Virus record (IMG/VR): IMGVR_UViG_3300010885_037407
Span: 1 to 64,000 of that record
Length of the DNA stretch: 64,000 nt
Origin: a virus
Direction: 5' to 3' (one strand)
Of the stretch, positions 28,760 through 39,727 are shown in pieces. A program made the position numbers and the translations under genes. Numbering within the stretch: the stretch's first letter is position 1; every line of letters begins with the position of its first letter. The notes under the pieces are model-generated. The model ran no database searches. It was not told the DNA's origin and saw only the letters and a list, made by a program, of their open reading frames with translations.

Positions 28760-28880
28760 AGTATTTTTCCATTGAAGTTTTATTTAATCTTTCTTTGTTA
28801 CGTTCATAATACTCTTTTGCCCATTTATTTTGGGCATCACGTTTTTCTTGTTCTGTGATGTATTTTTTTTTACGTCCCAT
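28719..28880 (-). CDS. Small basic protein (53 aa) overlapping the GIY-YIG start
   Basis: Read manually: MGRKKKYITEQEKRDAQNKWAKEYYERNKERLNKTSMEKYYEKRNSVQNDKSN. Confidence 0.65.
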   Translation of the reverse strand: MGRKKKYITEQEKRDAQNKWAKEYYERNKERLNKTSMEKYYEKRNSVQNDKSN

Positions 28881-28895
28881 TTAATATAAATATAT

Positions 28896-28923
28896 AACTA
28901 TAAGAAAAAAACTATAAGAAAAA
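28896..28923. repeat. Perfect 14-bp tandem direct repeat aactataagaaaaa x2
   Basis: 28896-28909 and 28910-28923, immediately upstream of the ATATTTAT motif. Confidence 0.8.
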
Positions 28924-28927
28924 TAAA

Positions 28928-29158
28928 TTAATTTTCTAAGTCAAACTCGCGATTCACGTTTCCGCATGCCGTACACATATACACTTCTACAGGAAGTATA
29001 CCATCTTGTTTCTGTCCTGTTAATAACTTTGAAACTTTTCTAAATTTCATTGCTTTCATGAACATATCATTTTCACATTCTGTATTATCACACAAAAGTG
29101 GTGTTGTTTTAGATATGTCAATTTGTGGTCCTTGACCAGGTTGTTGTTGATGTTTCAT
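28928..29158 (-). CDS. Zn-ribbon protein
   Basis: CDNTEC...CTACG. Confidence 0.75.
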   Translation of the reverse strand: MKHQQQPGQGPQIDISKTTPLLCDNTECENDMFMKAMKFRKVSKLLTGQKQDGILPVEVYMCTACGNVNREFDLEN

Positions 29159-29172
29159 AATATTAAATTGTA

Positions 29173-29565
29173 TTATATTCTTTTATTTTGCTGAATAGCC
29201 TTTTTAATTTTTTCATTAGCATCAATTTGTCTTTCAATATCTGCTTTTGCAATATTTGCCATTTCAATTTGAGCTTCTCCCGTAACTCTGCTTAAACAAA
29301 TTCCATCCCATGCATCATTAACAGCTTTTCTTAATTTTACTGTTTCTGAATCTAAAACTTTTTCTTTAATCATTTTAGCTTGCACATACTCTCGCTGTTT
29401 CGGGTCTGCTTGATAAGTCATTAATTCTTTTAACCTATCTGTGCTTTCTAATATGTAATTTACATTAACACCTTCTTCAGAAGTATATATAGGCTCACGT
29501 ACAGGTTCTACTGTTTGTCGTTTTTTACTAAATAAATTAGTAAATAATTTGATTAGTTTTTTCAT
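29173..29565 (-). CDS. Hypothetical protein
   Basis: ORF in operon. Confidence 0.65.
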   Translation of the reverse strand: MKKLIKLFTNLFSKKRQTVEPVREPIYTSEEGVNVNYILESTDRLKELMTYQADPKQREYVQAKMIKEKVLDSETVKLRKAVNDAWDGICLSRVTGEAQIEMANIAKADIERQIDANEKIKKAIQQNKRI

Positions 29566-29957
29566 GGTTTTATTGTATCATGCCAAGCATCTATTGCTAA
29601 TCTTAATTCACGAACTTCATGGTCGAGCTCAGCTTTATTTTCCTGAAGTTGTTTTATGCCATAAGATAATTCTTTATTTTCTTTTTCCAGCATTGCACAT
29701 CGCATATTTGTAAATTCTGGAAGTTTATCTTTTAACCTTTTCAGAAATTCTTCTGAAGCATCTGTTGGAGTATATCCTTCTCCAATTCGAATTTCTCCTT
29801 CTTTAGTTATTTCAAAAATCATTTTTGATTCAGGCCCTTTGAATGTAATAATACTATTATCAAAGTTAGATATTTTAGGTTCATCTAAATAAACTACAGC
29901 TCCTGAATTTCCATTAAGGAACATAGGTTTATTTATTGGGCCTCCGTGTCGTGACAT
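29562..29957 (-). CDS. Hypothetical protein with C-terminal coiled coil
   Basis: ORF in operon. Confidence 0.65.
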   Translation of the reverse strand: MSRHGGPINKPMFLNGNSGAVVYLDEPKISNFDNSIITFKGPESKMIFEITKEGEIRIGEGYTPTDASEEFLKRLKDKLPEFTNMRCAMLEKENKELSYGIKQLQENKAELDHEVRELRLAIDAWHDTIKP

Positions 29958-29959
29958 AA

Positions 29960-30889
29960 TTAATAAATTTCATTAAGTATTTTTACAAACATAGCACACA
30001 CATTGATTTCTTTATCAACTACAAATGTATCTTGATATTGAGCTTCTGCAACTATAATAATAATAGAAGCTATGTGACCTGTTGCAAATAATTCTAAATT
30101 ATCATAAAGATGTCTATACAAAGGAGTATAATCTTTTACTTGAGAATCTGCTAACAACTGGCGAATTGCTGTGAATAGTTGTTTTTTGTCCGGCTTAGAC
30201 GCTAACAATTCAATAACTTTGTCCATGTAATTAGACGCAATCAAAGATTGTTTATCAACTAACAATTCGCCATTAACTACTTGACGCTGGCAGGAATTTA
30301 GTATTCGACGAATGTCGGGATACCCTGCATTAATGATAGATACCAGATTCTCTGGCTTAAACGTAACCTTTTCTTCTTGAAGAATTTCATTAACGCGAAT
30401 TGCTACATCTTTCTTTGACGGAGGCGTAATTCCAAAAACTTGACAACGAGATTGAATCGGGTCAATTACCTTTTCAACATAGTTACATGTTAAAATGAAC
30501 CTAGTTGTTTTTGAAAACGTTTCCATTAAATTACGAAGTGCTGCTTGCGCGTTTGGAGTCAAGTAGTCGGCTTCATCAAGTATTACTAGTTTCCATTGAC
30601 GAAAGCCTATTGTGCTAGCAAAGCTTTTAATCTTTTCTCTTACTGTATCAACATTGTTTTCATCAGATGCATTAATATACATTAGATCACAATCAATATT
30701 ATTCGCAATCAATTTAGCTAGAGTAGTTTTACCAGTACCTGCTGTTCCGAAAAGCAGCAAGTGTGGCACATCTCCACTTTCTAGATAAATTTTTACTTTA
30801 TCAACAATTTGCTGATTACCTACGTAACCAGCTAATGTAGTGGGCCTCCATTTTTCTACCCAAAGTGTATGTTCTGCATTTCCAAACAT
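29960..30889 (-). CDS. Clamp loader AAA+ subunit (RFC/gp44-like)
   Basis: WVEKWRP, GTAGTGKT, NASD, LDEAD, SRC. Confidence 0.95.
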   Translation of the reverse strand: MFGNAEHTLWVEKWRPTTLAGYVGNQQIVDKVKIYLESGDVPHLLLFGTAGTGKTTLAKLIANNIDCDLMYINASDENNVDTVREKIKSFASTIGFRQWKLVILDEADYLTPNAQAALRNLMETFSKTTRFILTCNYVEKVIDPIQSRCQVFGITPPSKKDVAIRVNEILQEEKVTFKPENLVSIINAGYPDIRRILNSCQRQVVNGELLVDKQSLIASNYMDKVIELLASKPDKKQLFTAIRQLLADSQVKDYTPLYRHLYDNLELFATGHIASIIIIVAEAQYQDTFVVDKEINVCAMFVKILNEIY

Positions 30890-31605
30890 TACGAGATAGT
30901 TAACTTCACCAAATAATAAGTAGCTGTATAATCTGTATTTGTGAAAGTTACCTTTGCCAAACCTTTAGATGACACTTCTAATAATCCTGTCGCGTCTGCA
31001 TTTGCATTAAGTATTTCCTTAAACAATTTTGCAGAGAAACAAACTACTGAATCCATTTTAGCGGCTTCGACAGTATTTGCTTTGAACACAATTCTATTTG
31101 TATTCACACTTGAATGGTTGATGATAATTTTAGTTTCTTCTCCATTACATTCAACACCAAAATTATCTGATTCTGGTAAGGCATTTGCTGCCTTCTTGAA
31201 GTTATTTGAGAAGTCTTTATTTAACTCAATCTTTACATCCCATTCAGGTAATGATTTAAGATTAGGCACTTGACGAATAACAGATAAATCTGCTAACATA
31301 TAAGTAATGTTAGTTGAAGCGTCTTCAAATTTCATTGAATAAATTTTACTGTCTACTTCCCCAAAGGTAATATCCATATCTTCATCAACGGCGCTTAACA
31401 TTTTTACTAATTGAGAAGTTGCATACACACCTAACTCAGCATCTTTTGCTTCAAAAGTATTAAGCACTACTTCACCAATTACATTTTGGTCAGCACTAAT
31501 AAATTTAGTTGACAATTTATTGTCGGCTACTACTAATTTGGCGCTGTCAGTGTTACCAGCTAAGAAATATCGGTTTACGAAACCTACTAAAAGTGATTTT
31601 TTCAT
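30889..31605 (-). CDS. Sliding clamp (gp45-like)
   Basis: 238 aa beta-rich protein directly upstream of the clamp loader; Y.LAD.SVI; ends ATYYLV. Confidence 0.8.
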   Translation of the reverse strand: MKKSLLVGFVNRYFLAGNTDSAKLVVADNKLSTKFISADQNVIGEVVLNTFEAKDAELGVYATSQLVKMLSAVDEDMDITFGEVDSKIYSMKFEDASTNITYMLADLSVIRQVPNLKSLPEWDVKIELNKDFSNNFKKAANALPESDNFGVECNGEETKIIINHSSVNTNRIVFKANTVEAAKMDSVVCFSAKLFKEILNANADATGLLEVSSKGLAKVTFTNTDYTATYYLVKLTIS

Positions 31606-31621
31606 TGTTATTTATTTATTT

Positions 31622-33229
<1,608 letters not shown>

Positions 33230-34525
33230 TTAACTTACTGAATTGTTTTTAATTAATTTTTGTTCTTTTTTTAATTTTTTTACGTCTACTGCATCAAACT
33301 CTGTAAAATCAAAATATTCTTGAGATACTTCACGTGCAATATTCATAACATTTTCTCCGCCATACTTAACATAAAATTGTCTATATCTTTCATATACTGC
33401 AATTGGATCTGGAGAGTTAAACATTTCTTCCATAGATCTCAATACTTGAATTAAGTCATTTGGAATAATATCTATCATTGCTTCTAATGGACAAGTATCA
33501 ATTAGTTGCTCAACATGATCTCTGGTATAGATGTACATGTATAAGTTATGATACGTTGCTCTAGTTACTGCTTCAGTTGACCAATTTTTAGCAATGTCAT
33601 AAGTAAAATAAGGCACTCCTGGATGATTTACTAATGAAGGCAAATGACCGTGATCAGGATAACCCATATTAGAACCATCTTTTGGAAAATACAACATATT
33701 AAATACTTGATCTTTCCAATTAGGACTCCAAACCATTTGACCAAATATTGGATATTGACCTGGAGAAGAGCTATCTGTTGAAATAGTAATTCTGTTATCA
33801 GTATACTGATTCATCAATTTTTGTAATTGTGATAAAATGAAGAAGTCTGATACTTTAGATATTCCCAATAAATGGACCCAAGTGTTTTGAGGTTTCAAGA
33901 ATTCCTTTTCTTTAATCATCAAAGCCAAGATATACATAAAGTCTACTAGACGTCTAGAAGATCCAATACACCAACCACCAAATTCTAAATCTTTAACTGT
34001 TTTAAACCAATGGGCAAATTCAGCAGGATTAGAACCTTGAACTACATTTAAGAAATTAGTTTTACCAGATTGTTTCTTTTCAAAGTATTTGAAATTATCT
34101 AAACTAATATCTAATGCTTCTTGGAATCTACCTTCATAAGTAACACGAGGTGGAATATCTATATTTGCAGCAACATCTGAATTAGCTTCTAACCAATCAA
34201 ATATTTTATCACGCAATGCCATATCCCATTTCAAAGCTCCTGTTGCAATTTGGAATCCTCCCGAATCTCCGAACACTACAGCTCCTTTGTCTAGACCCCA
34301 TTTTTGTCTAATATCTTCTTTCTTATATAAATGACCAGCAGTCATAAGAAAGTATTTGTACCGCCATTCTTCAGGTACTCTATCATCCCAAAATCTATAA
34401 GGGACACCGGGTGCAACTTCTGCATCTTTTGTTAGTGGCGAACTATAAGCTCCACTACTTAAAGAAGGGAAATATACCATTTTTTTAGGTTGTCCATGAA
34501 CAGACCCATCTTGATTTAGTATCAT
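33230..34525 (-). CDS. dpdA: TGT-fold DNA 7-deazaguanine transglycosylase (DpdA-like)
   Basis: FGDSGGFQ, D.PP, NVVQG, HLLG, STDSSS and HN motifs of tRNA-guanine transglycosylases; co-located with folE/queD/queE. Confidence 0.75.
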   Translation of the reverse strand: MILNQDGSVHGQPKKMVYFPSLSSGAYSSPLTKDAEVAPGVPYRFWDDRVPEEWRYKYFLMTAGHLYKKEDIRQKWGLDKGAVVFGDSGGFQIATGALKWDMALRDKIFDWLEANSDVAANIDIPPRVTYEGRFQEALDISLDNFKYFEKKQSGKTNFLNVVQGSNPAEFAHWFKTVKDLEFGGWCIGSSRRLVDFMYILALMIKEKEFLKPQNTWVHLLGISKVSDFFILSQLQKLMNQYTDNRITISTDSSSPGQYPIFGQMVWSPNWKDQVFNMLYFPKDGSNMGYPDHGHLPSLVNHPGVPYFTYDIAKNWSTEAVTRATYHNLYMYIYTRDHVEQLIDTCPLEAMIDIIPNDLIQVLRSMEEMFNSPDPIAVYERYRQFYVKYGGENVMNIAREVSQEYFDFTEFDAVDVKKLKKEQKLIKNNSVS

Positions 34526-34543
34526 ATTTTTTATTTATTAGTT

Positions 34544-34575
34544 TAAATATAAGAAATTCTTATGAAGATTCCAAA
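34544..34575 (-). promoter_or_regulatory. -33/-7 promoter driving dpdA-groEL-clamp
   Basis: TTTG-N20-TATATTTA. Confidence 0.7.
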
Positions 34576-34576
34576 T

Positions 34577-35596
34577 TTATTTATATTGCTCTGGTATACC
34601 ATACCATGATTTACTTATTCTCATATCAGGACCGCAGTTACATCTTAATTTGCCACAAATAAATGCTTTATTATTTAGTTTAACTCTTAAATCATTATTT
34701 TTTACTATATTACCAAAATTTCCTGACCAATTAGGTCCACAATGAGCTCCTGCAATACTTCCATCCCATTTCACAGATAAATTTGCTTTGCCCGCGTCAC
34801 ATAAATAACCTTTGAAATAATTCGTACCTTCTGACACTAATTTTTGTTGTTGAAATTTTTCTTCAGTGCCGTCTTCATATACGACCATGGTCGATTGTAC
34901 TTTATGTTCTGGATCATATCCATCTAAACCTCTATCAAATCTTTGATAGGTATTATCTCTTAAATAAGCTAACTGTTCTTCTGTGTATAAACCTGAGTAT
35001 TCACCTAAAAATAGTTTATCTCCTTTATTTGAAAAATTGCTTGAGTTTGATTTAGATAATACTCCTTTGTATGTAATTGGTATATTAATACTCTTAAAAT
35101 GTTCTACTGCCTCTAGAGTCCTTTCCCAATGCTCTGGGTCCATTACTACACCAACACCTATCATAGCATTTTTCTTAACTGCAATGTCTATAATTTGTGA
35201 AAATTTATTAAATTTAGAATACTTTGAATGAAAGCTTAATGAGGTATAATTTATATCTTCTAAAATCTCTTCCCATACAGAAAGAGCAGCACTTCCATTA
35301 CTAACCAATGTAATTTTAAAATTATACTCTTTGAAGAATTTAACTAACTTTTCTATACCTTTATACAAAGTAGGCTCTCCTCCTGTTAATGTTATATATT
35401 TACTAGGGTAGTTTTCTATTTCTGGATTATCTAAAAATAATTGCCTAAAGAATTTAAAGTATACTTCTACATCTAATACTGGCGTTGACCCGTCATGTAA
35501 TTGCTTTGGACAATATTCACACTTATAGTTACATAAATTTGTAACGCTTAGCGTAATATTAAATTCATCGCTAGTAATTGATTTAATTTTATTCAT
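34577..35596 (-). CDS. Radical SAM protein with C-terminal Cys cluster (twitch/SPASM-like)
   Basis: CNYKCEYC, LTGGEPTL, SNGS; C..G.......DG.....C and C....C.C..D. Confidence 0.9.
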   Translation of the reverse strand: MNKIKSITSDEFNITLSVTNLCNYKCEYCPKQLHDGSTPVLDVEVYFKFFRQLFLDNPEIENYPSKYITLTGGEPTLYKGIEKLVKFFKEYNFKITLVSNGSAALSVWEEILEDINYTSLSFHSKYSKFNKFSQIIDIAVKKNAMIGVGVVMDPEHWERTLEAVEHFKSINIPITYKGVLSKSNSSNFSNKGDKLFLGEYSGLYTEEQLAYLRDNTYQRFDRGLDGYDPEHKVQSTMVVYEDGTEEKFQQQKLVSEGTNYFKGYLCDAGKANLSVKWDGSIAGAHCGPNWSGNFGNIVKNNDLRVKLNNKAFICGKLRCNCGPDMRISKSWYGIPEQYK

Positions 35597-35607
35597 ACTT
35601 TAATATA

Positions 35608-36609
35608 TTAATTTCTTTTATTAGATACAAATATTTGATTGATTAATTTTTCTGAATCAAAATAATTTTCAAATAGCAATTCTTGAGTTAGTTTAATCAA
35701 TGGTCTATATGAATCATAGTTTCCAACTAACTCTTTTACTTTGCTAGTCATATCAGGAGCAAATTTACTATAATTGAAAATTGAAGATGTCCATTCTGCA
35801 GGATATCTAAATTCTTCTGGCACTAACTCTCTCAACCCTTCAATGTCTGGTATTAATGGAATTGTTCCTAACAAAATACATTCATAAATTTCAACTCCTA
35901 TATTTGGATTTGTATAAGGAAGTAATGATAATTTTGCTCTAGACAATTGCCTTAATAGTTGATGTCTTTCCAATGGCACATGCTCTTGAGCGAAGACAAT
36001 TTGGATACCTTTATGCACTCTTATAAAGTCGTACACAATAGCTTCTTGTAACTGAGTATACTGATTCCATGGGAAAACGATTAAATTCTGTTTATTGAAT
36101 AAACCATTGTACAATGACATTTCTAAATCTAAATAGTCTAAAGGAAACGGCATTATATGCAGCTTGTCCTCTGTGACTTTTTGAAGACTTTTGAACTTAT
36201 CTGCATAGAATTTTGATATGAAGAAGTTCTTATCTAAACAATCAAAACTTCCTTTTTCATAAAGCTTTCTCCAAGTTATTTCTGTCGTTGGTTTGTATTC
36301 TTTGTCATAATCAATATAACATCCATTGGTCCAAAATCCTAATAACTCTACATCTACTTGATTGGTTTCTGCCCAATGCTTAACATATCTTGTTGCTGAT
36401 GACCAAGCATTGGTAAATATAAATTTATCTTCATTAGATATTGATTTGGATTCAAACAATGCTTTGATATCTGCTATGTCTACAACTTCAACAACTTTGC
36501 AATCTTCATCTCCTTTTGCTTCTATATATCCTTGTAATAAAGAAGCTAAATGAGTCTCCCATGAATCGTCTTTGGCAATTAATGGGTCTACTACTACATA
36601 AACTGTCAT
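35608..36609 (-). CDS. Divergent GT-B glycosyltransferase, paralog of 39728..40732
   Basis: LF....I...DKFIFTNAW, IVFPW, EIYECILLGTIPLIP, ELVP. Confidence 0.65.
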   Translation of the reverse strand: MTVYVVVDPLIAKDDSWETHLASLLQGYIEAKGDEDCKVVEVVDIADIKALFESKSISNEDKFIFTNAWSSATRYVKHWAETNQVDVELLGFWTNGCYIDYDKEYKPTTEITWRKLYEKGSFDCLDKNFFISKFYADKFKSLQKVTEDKLHIMPFPLDYLDLEMSLYNGLFNKQNLIVFPWNQYTQLQEAIVYDFIRVHKGIQIVFAQEHVPLERHQLLRQLSRAKLSLLPYTNPNIGVEIYECILLGTIPLIPDIEGLRELVPEEFRYPAEWTSSIFNYSKFAPDMTSKVKELVGNYDSYRPLIKLTQELLFENYFDSEKLINQIFVSNKRN

Positions 36610-36830
36610 TATTTTCGAATTCGTTTATATCTTGCTAAACCATCATTTGATACACTCTTAAATCGAGCAAATTTTCTAATAGGATATTTGTCTTCATCTG
36701 TATCATATACATTTATTTCTCCATCAAATTCCCAATTGCTCCATTTTCTAGTCCACCATTTTAAAATTATATCTAACATAATTAATTGATTTTTTCTACA
36801 CGAGCACCATTTTCTTGATCTTCCCAACAC
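36609..36830 (-). CDS. Small hypothetical protein
   Basis: Probable start MLDIILKWW at 36779. Confidence 0.55.
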   Translation of the reverse strand: MLGRSRKWCSCRKNQLIMLDIILKWWTRKWSNWEFDGEINVYDTDEDKYPIRKFARFKSVSNDGLARYKRIRK

Positions 36831-37141
36831 TCAACCCATTCACAATCAAATCTTTCTAAAATTTCACGCGATAGCATTTCACAAGATTGAGAACCAAATT
36901 CATGAGTTCGAGTGCCATTGTCATAATACTTATACTCAAGATGACCTAATACATCTCTTTTAAACATTATAAACTCTACATCTCTATCATCATGATTAAC
37001 TGCTTTGCTAATTGTAAAGTGAAACATATGTCTATGCCTGTCAGCTAAAAACGCAACTTCAGGAAATAACTCTGCTGCCTTTGGAAAGTTGTGCATTGCA
37101 TCAACTGCCAATTTAACCATTACTGTTGTTTTTGTATTCAT
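36782..37141 (-). CDS. dpdL: QueD-like T-fold protein with LxxxHRHxF motif (DpdL-like, candidate CDG decarboxylase)
   Basis: FLADRHRHMFH, DRDVEFI, SCEML, WEDQENGA; lacks the QueD CxxxHG motif. Confidence 0.65.
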   Translation of the reverse strand: MNTKTTVMVKLAVDAMHNFPKAAELFPEVAFLADRHRHMFHFTISKAVNHDDRDVEFIMFKRDVLGHLEYKYYDNGTRTHEFGSQSCEMLSREILERFDCEWVECWEDQENGARVEKIN

Positions 37142-37150
37142 ACTTTTAAT

Positions 37151-39727
37151 TTAGAAGCTGAAGAAATCAGCCATATTATCATTTTTAGGTATTCTGCCAT
37201 ATCTCAAAGCATCATAAAATCCTTGCAATTTATTCTCTAATGACGCTGTGAATATTCTATCATAATCAATGTATTGAGTTATGAAGTCAATAATTTCTTT
37301 AGGGTCATCAAAACCTTTTACTGCACAACTATCCAATCCAAATGGGTTTGCTTTTAAATAAGTCCACTTAATCTTTTCTCCATCTAATATAGGTTGAGAA
37401 GAAGTTATCTTATAGTACAACATTAAATCATTGTAGTTTAAAGCTGACTTTGTGTGTGCTGGAGTACCTTTAACTCTATCACCAAACATATTACTTTTGT
37501 CTGATTTTTTAGTTTTAACTTTGTACTTTTTCAATTCTTTAACACCTGTCGGAAACATAATATCAAACATTGGCTTTGATTTCATTTCTTCTCTAAATGC
37601 TAACACCTTATCATCAATTTGCTTTTGAGGAGATATGTTTAAAATATCAATTAAGATACCTGACATAAACTCTCTAAATGCTTTTGGGAAATTGGATCTT
37701 ACAACATCCATTCCTTTTACATCTAATTTCCATTCTTTTGCACCATTAGTCATTTGTGATATTAAGATGCCTTTCTCTGATATAATCTTTTGAGCATATC
37801 GTTTTTTGGCTATCCATAATCCAGACTCAGCTACATATTCTTGCTTGATGTTTAAGAAGTGAGTATCAGAGTTTAAGAAATGCTTGGCAAATGAATCCCA
37901 AGAATCATTGATATACTTTTCAACTACTTGAGAAGTTTTATAAGTAACATCAATTTTTTCTTGTTTAGTCATTGACTTATTCATTTTACTTTCCATTAAA
38001 TCAATAATTGGTTTAGCAGAAAAGTAATTTGAATCAGTATCCACATAAATTACATACTCTTTATCGACACCAGTTTGTTTAGTAAACCATTCATTACCTT
38101 TCATCATAGCATGCTTGATAACCTGTTGCCCTGTCAATGTAATAGACTCAGCATTATCTAAATCATGAAATCTAAAACCTGGAGCTCCTAATGCACCATA
38201 CAAAGAGTTATTTACAATCTTCATAGTATGCTGTCTAGAGTCAAAGAATTTAGACATATCAGCATTTCCTTCTTTACCATATTTTTTAGCAAGACCTCTA
38301 TACTCCTCTCTTTCATTCATCCAAGTTGCTAGAATAGAAGGAATTAGTCCACCTTTGTCTGCATTGTAAACTACTCCAATTGAAGATACGGTACATTTAT
38401 TATCTAATAGCCATTGACGAAATTCAATGTCTGGAATTAAATAATGTTTTGAGCCTGACTTCAACTTCATGTTTAAGTCTGCTGTCTTACCTGACCAAAA
38501 TGCTTCTTTCACTGCATCCCAATTCTCTACTCTACCAAATTTAGTTTCTGGAGATATGTTTAAAGTTCTAATGATAGAAGGATATAGAGATGCCATATCC
38601 TCATCAAATACCCATTCATAAACTCCTGGTATTGGATCTTTTACATAGGCTCCTGCAAAGTCATTAGATATTGCTTCTTCTCCTGCAGTCACAGCTTCAC
38701 GAAGCTTTTTATTAGGAGCTACAATATCTAAACGTTTCATATAGGTTATACATGCACCATCTAAATATCTAGTTGGAAAATATACATCTTCATAAGGCAC
38801 ATGACCTTTGTGACATATACCTCGAGCCAATGAAAGGAATTTAAGTTTTTCATCTAATTCCAATACCAATGTAACGTCATTAACGTTATACTCAATAAAC
38901 TTCTCAGGGTCTGTTTTATATAAATGATCTAGATTTCCTTCATATTCAATTTTACCTTTACCTAATTCCTTTTTACAAATATTGTCCAATGAATAAGATG
39001 ACTCTTCTGAATATGTAAATAATTTATAAAGTGCCATGTAATCTAAACAAGACACTCCCATAATTCTATATCGATTTCTGTGCTGTAAATAAATTACTTC
39101 ATTTACTGGAGAAAGCATATCAGCAAATTGCTTTCCGTGAACTTGAGTTATTCTATTATACAAATAAGGAATATCAAAAAAGTCAATGTTCCATCCTGTT
39201 ATAATTGTAGGTTTGATCTCAAGATAGTGAGTAAGGAATCTAGTAATTAATTCATCTTCAGTAGTTACTACTTCTAAAATTAAATCCTTATCTGTATATG
39301 GTTTTAAGTTTTTATCCTTATCTACAATAATTGCTACTGATTGATTCCCTGCTCTGTCATGAAATGCGATTGAAGTCATTGGTTGCCAAGCTTCGTCTGC
39401 CGATGAAAAACCTCCTACTGTTGAAACCTCAATATCTATAAATAATTCTTTATGACCCACTGAAGGATCATCAGATTCAAAATACATATCTATTAAGGTT
39501 CTAACTTCTGGATTGATATCAGACTCATATATCTGACCTTTTTGAATATCATGCTCATCCCAGTTAGTAACTTTCTCTACTTTGTTACCATCTAATGCAA
39601 CACATCTTCCATGTGCACTTTTCTTATAAGCATATTTTTTAAATGGAAATTGTAAATGTCCTAACTTGTCGTCCCAAACATGTACTAAATTTTTATTCTT
39701 TTGATATGCTATATTTTGATATGCCAT
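37151..39727 (-). CDS. Family B DNA polymerase (gp43-like)
   Basis: Exonuclease DIE, GWN..FFD.PY and YNVND motifs; polymerase D..SLYPS, K...NSLYG, YVDTDS and KKRY motifs. Confidence 0.97.
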   Translation of the reverse strand: MAYQNIAYQKNKNLVHVWDDKLGHLQFPFKKYAYKKSAHGRCVALDGNKVEKVTNWDEHDIQKGQIYESDINPEVRTLIDMYFESDDPSVGHKELFIDIEVSTVGGFSSADEAWQPMTSIAFHDRAGNQSVAIIVDKDKNLKPYTDKDLILEVVTTEDELITRFLTHYLEIKPTIITGWNIDFFDIPYLYNRITQVHGKQFADMLSPVNEVIYLQHRNRYRIMGVSCLDYMALYKLFTYSEESSYSLDNICKKELGKGKIEYEGNLDHLYKTDPEKFIEYNVNDVTLVLELDEKLKFLSLARGICHKGHVPYEDVYFPTRYLDGACITYMKRLDIVAPNKKLREAVTAGEEAISNDFAGAYVKDPIPGVYEWVFDEDMASLYPSIIRTLNISPETKFGRVENWDAVKEAFWSGKTADLNMKLKSGSKHYLIPDIEFRQWLLDNKCTVSSIGVVYNADKGGLIPSILATWMNEREEYRGLAKKYGKEGNADMSKFFDSRQHTMKIVNNSLYGALGAPGFRFHDLDNAESITLTGQQVIKHAMMKGNEWFTKQTGVDKEYVIYVDTDSNYFSAKPIIDLMESKMNKSMTKQEKIDVTYKTSQVVEKYINDSWDSFAKHFLNSDTHFLNIKQEYVAESGLWIAKKRYAQKIISEKGILISQMTNGAKEWKLDVKGMDVVRSNFPKAFREFMSGILIDILNISPQKQIDDKVLAFREEMKSKPMFDIMFPTGVKELKKYKVKTKKSDKSNMFGDRVKGTPAHTKSALNYNDLMLYYKITSSQPILDGEKIKWTYLKANPFGLDSCAVKGFDDPKEIIDFITQYIDYDRIFTASLENKLQGFYDALRYGRIPKNDNMADFFSF

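Noticed and set aside
33230-34525. Canonical tRNA queuosine pathway (tgt)
   Set aside because: Lacks the CxCxxC zinc site of bacterial Tgt, no queA/queC/queF in the window, and sits among DNA replication genes; DNA modification is more plausible though unproven
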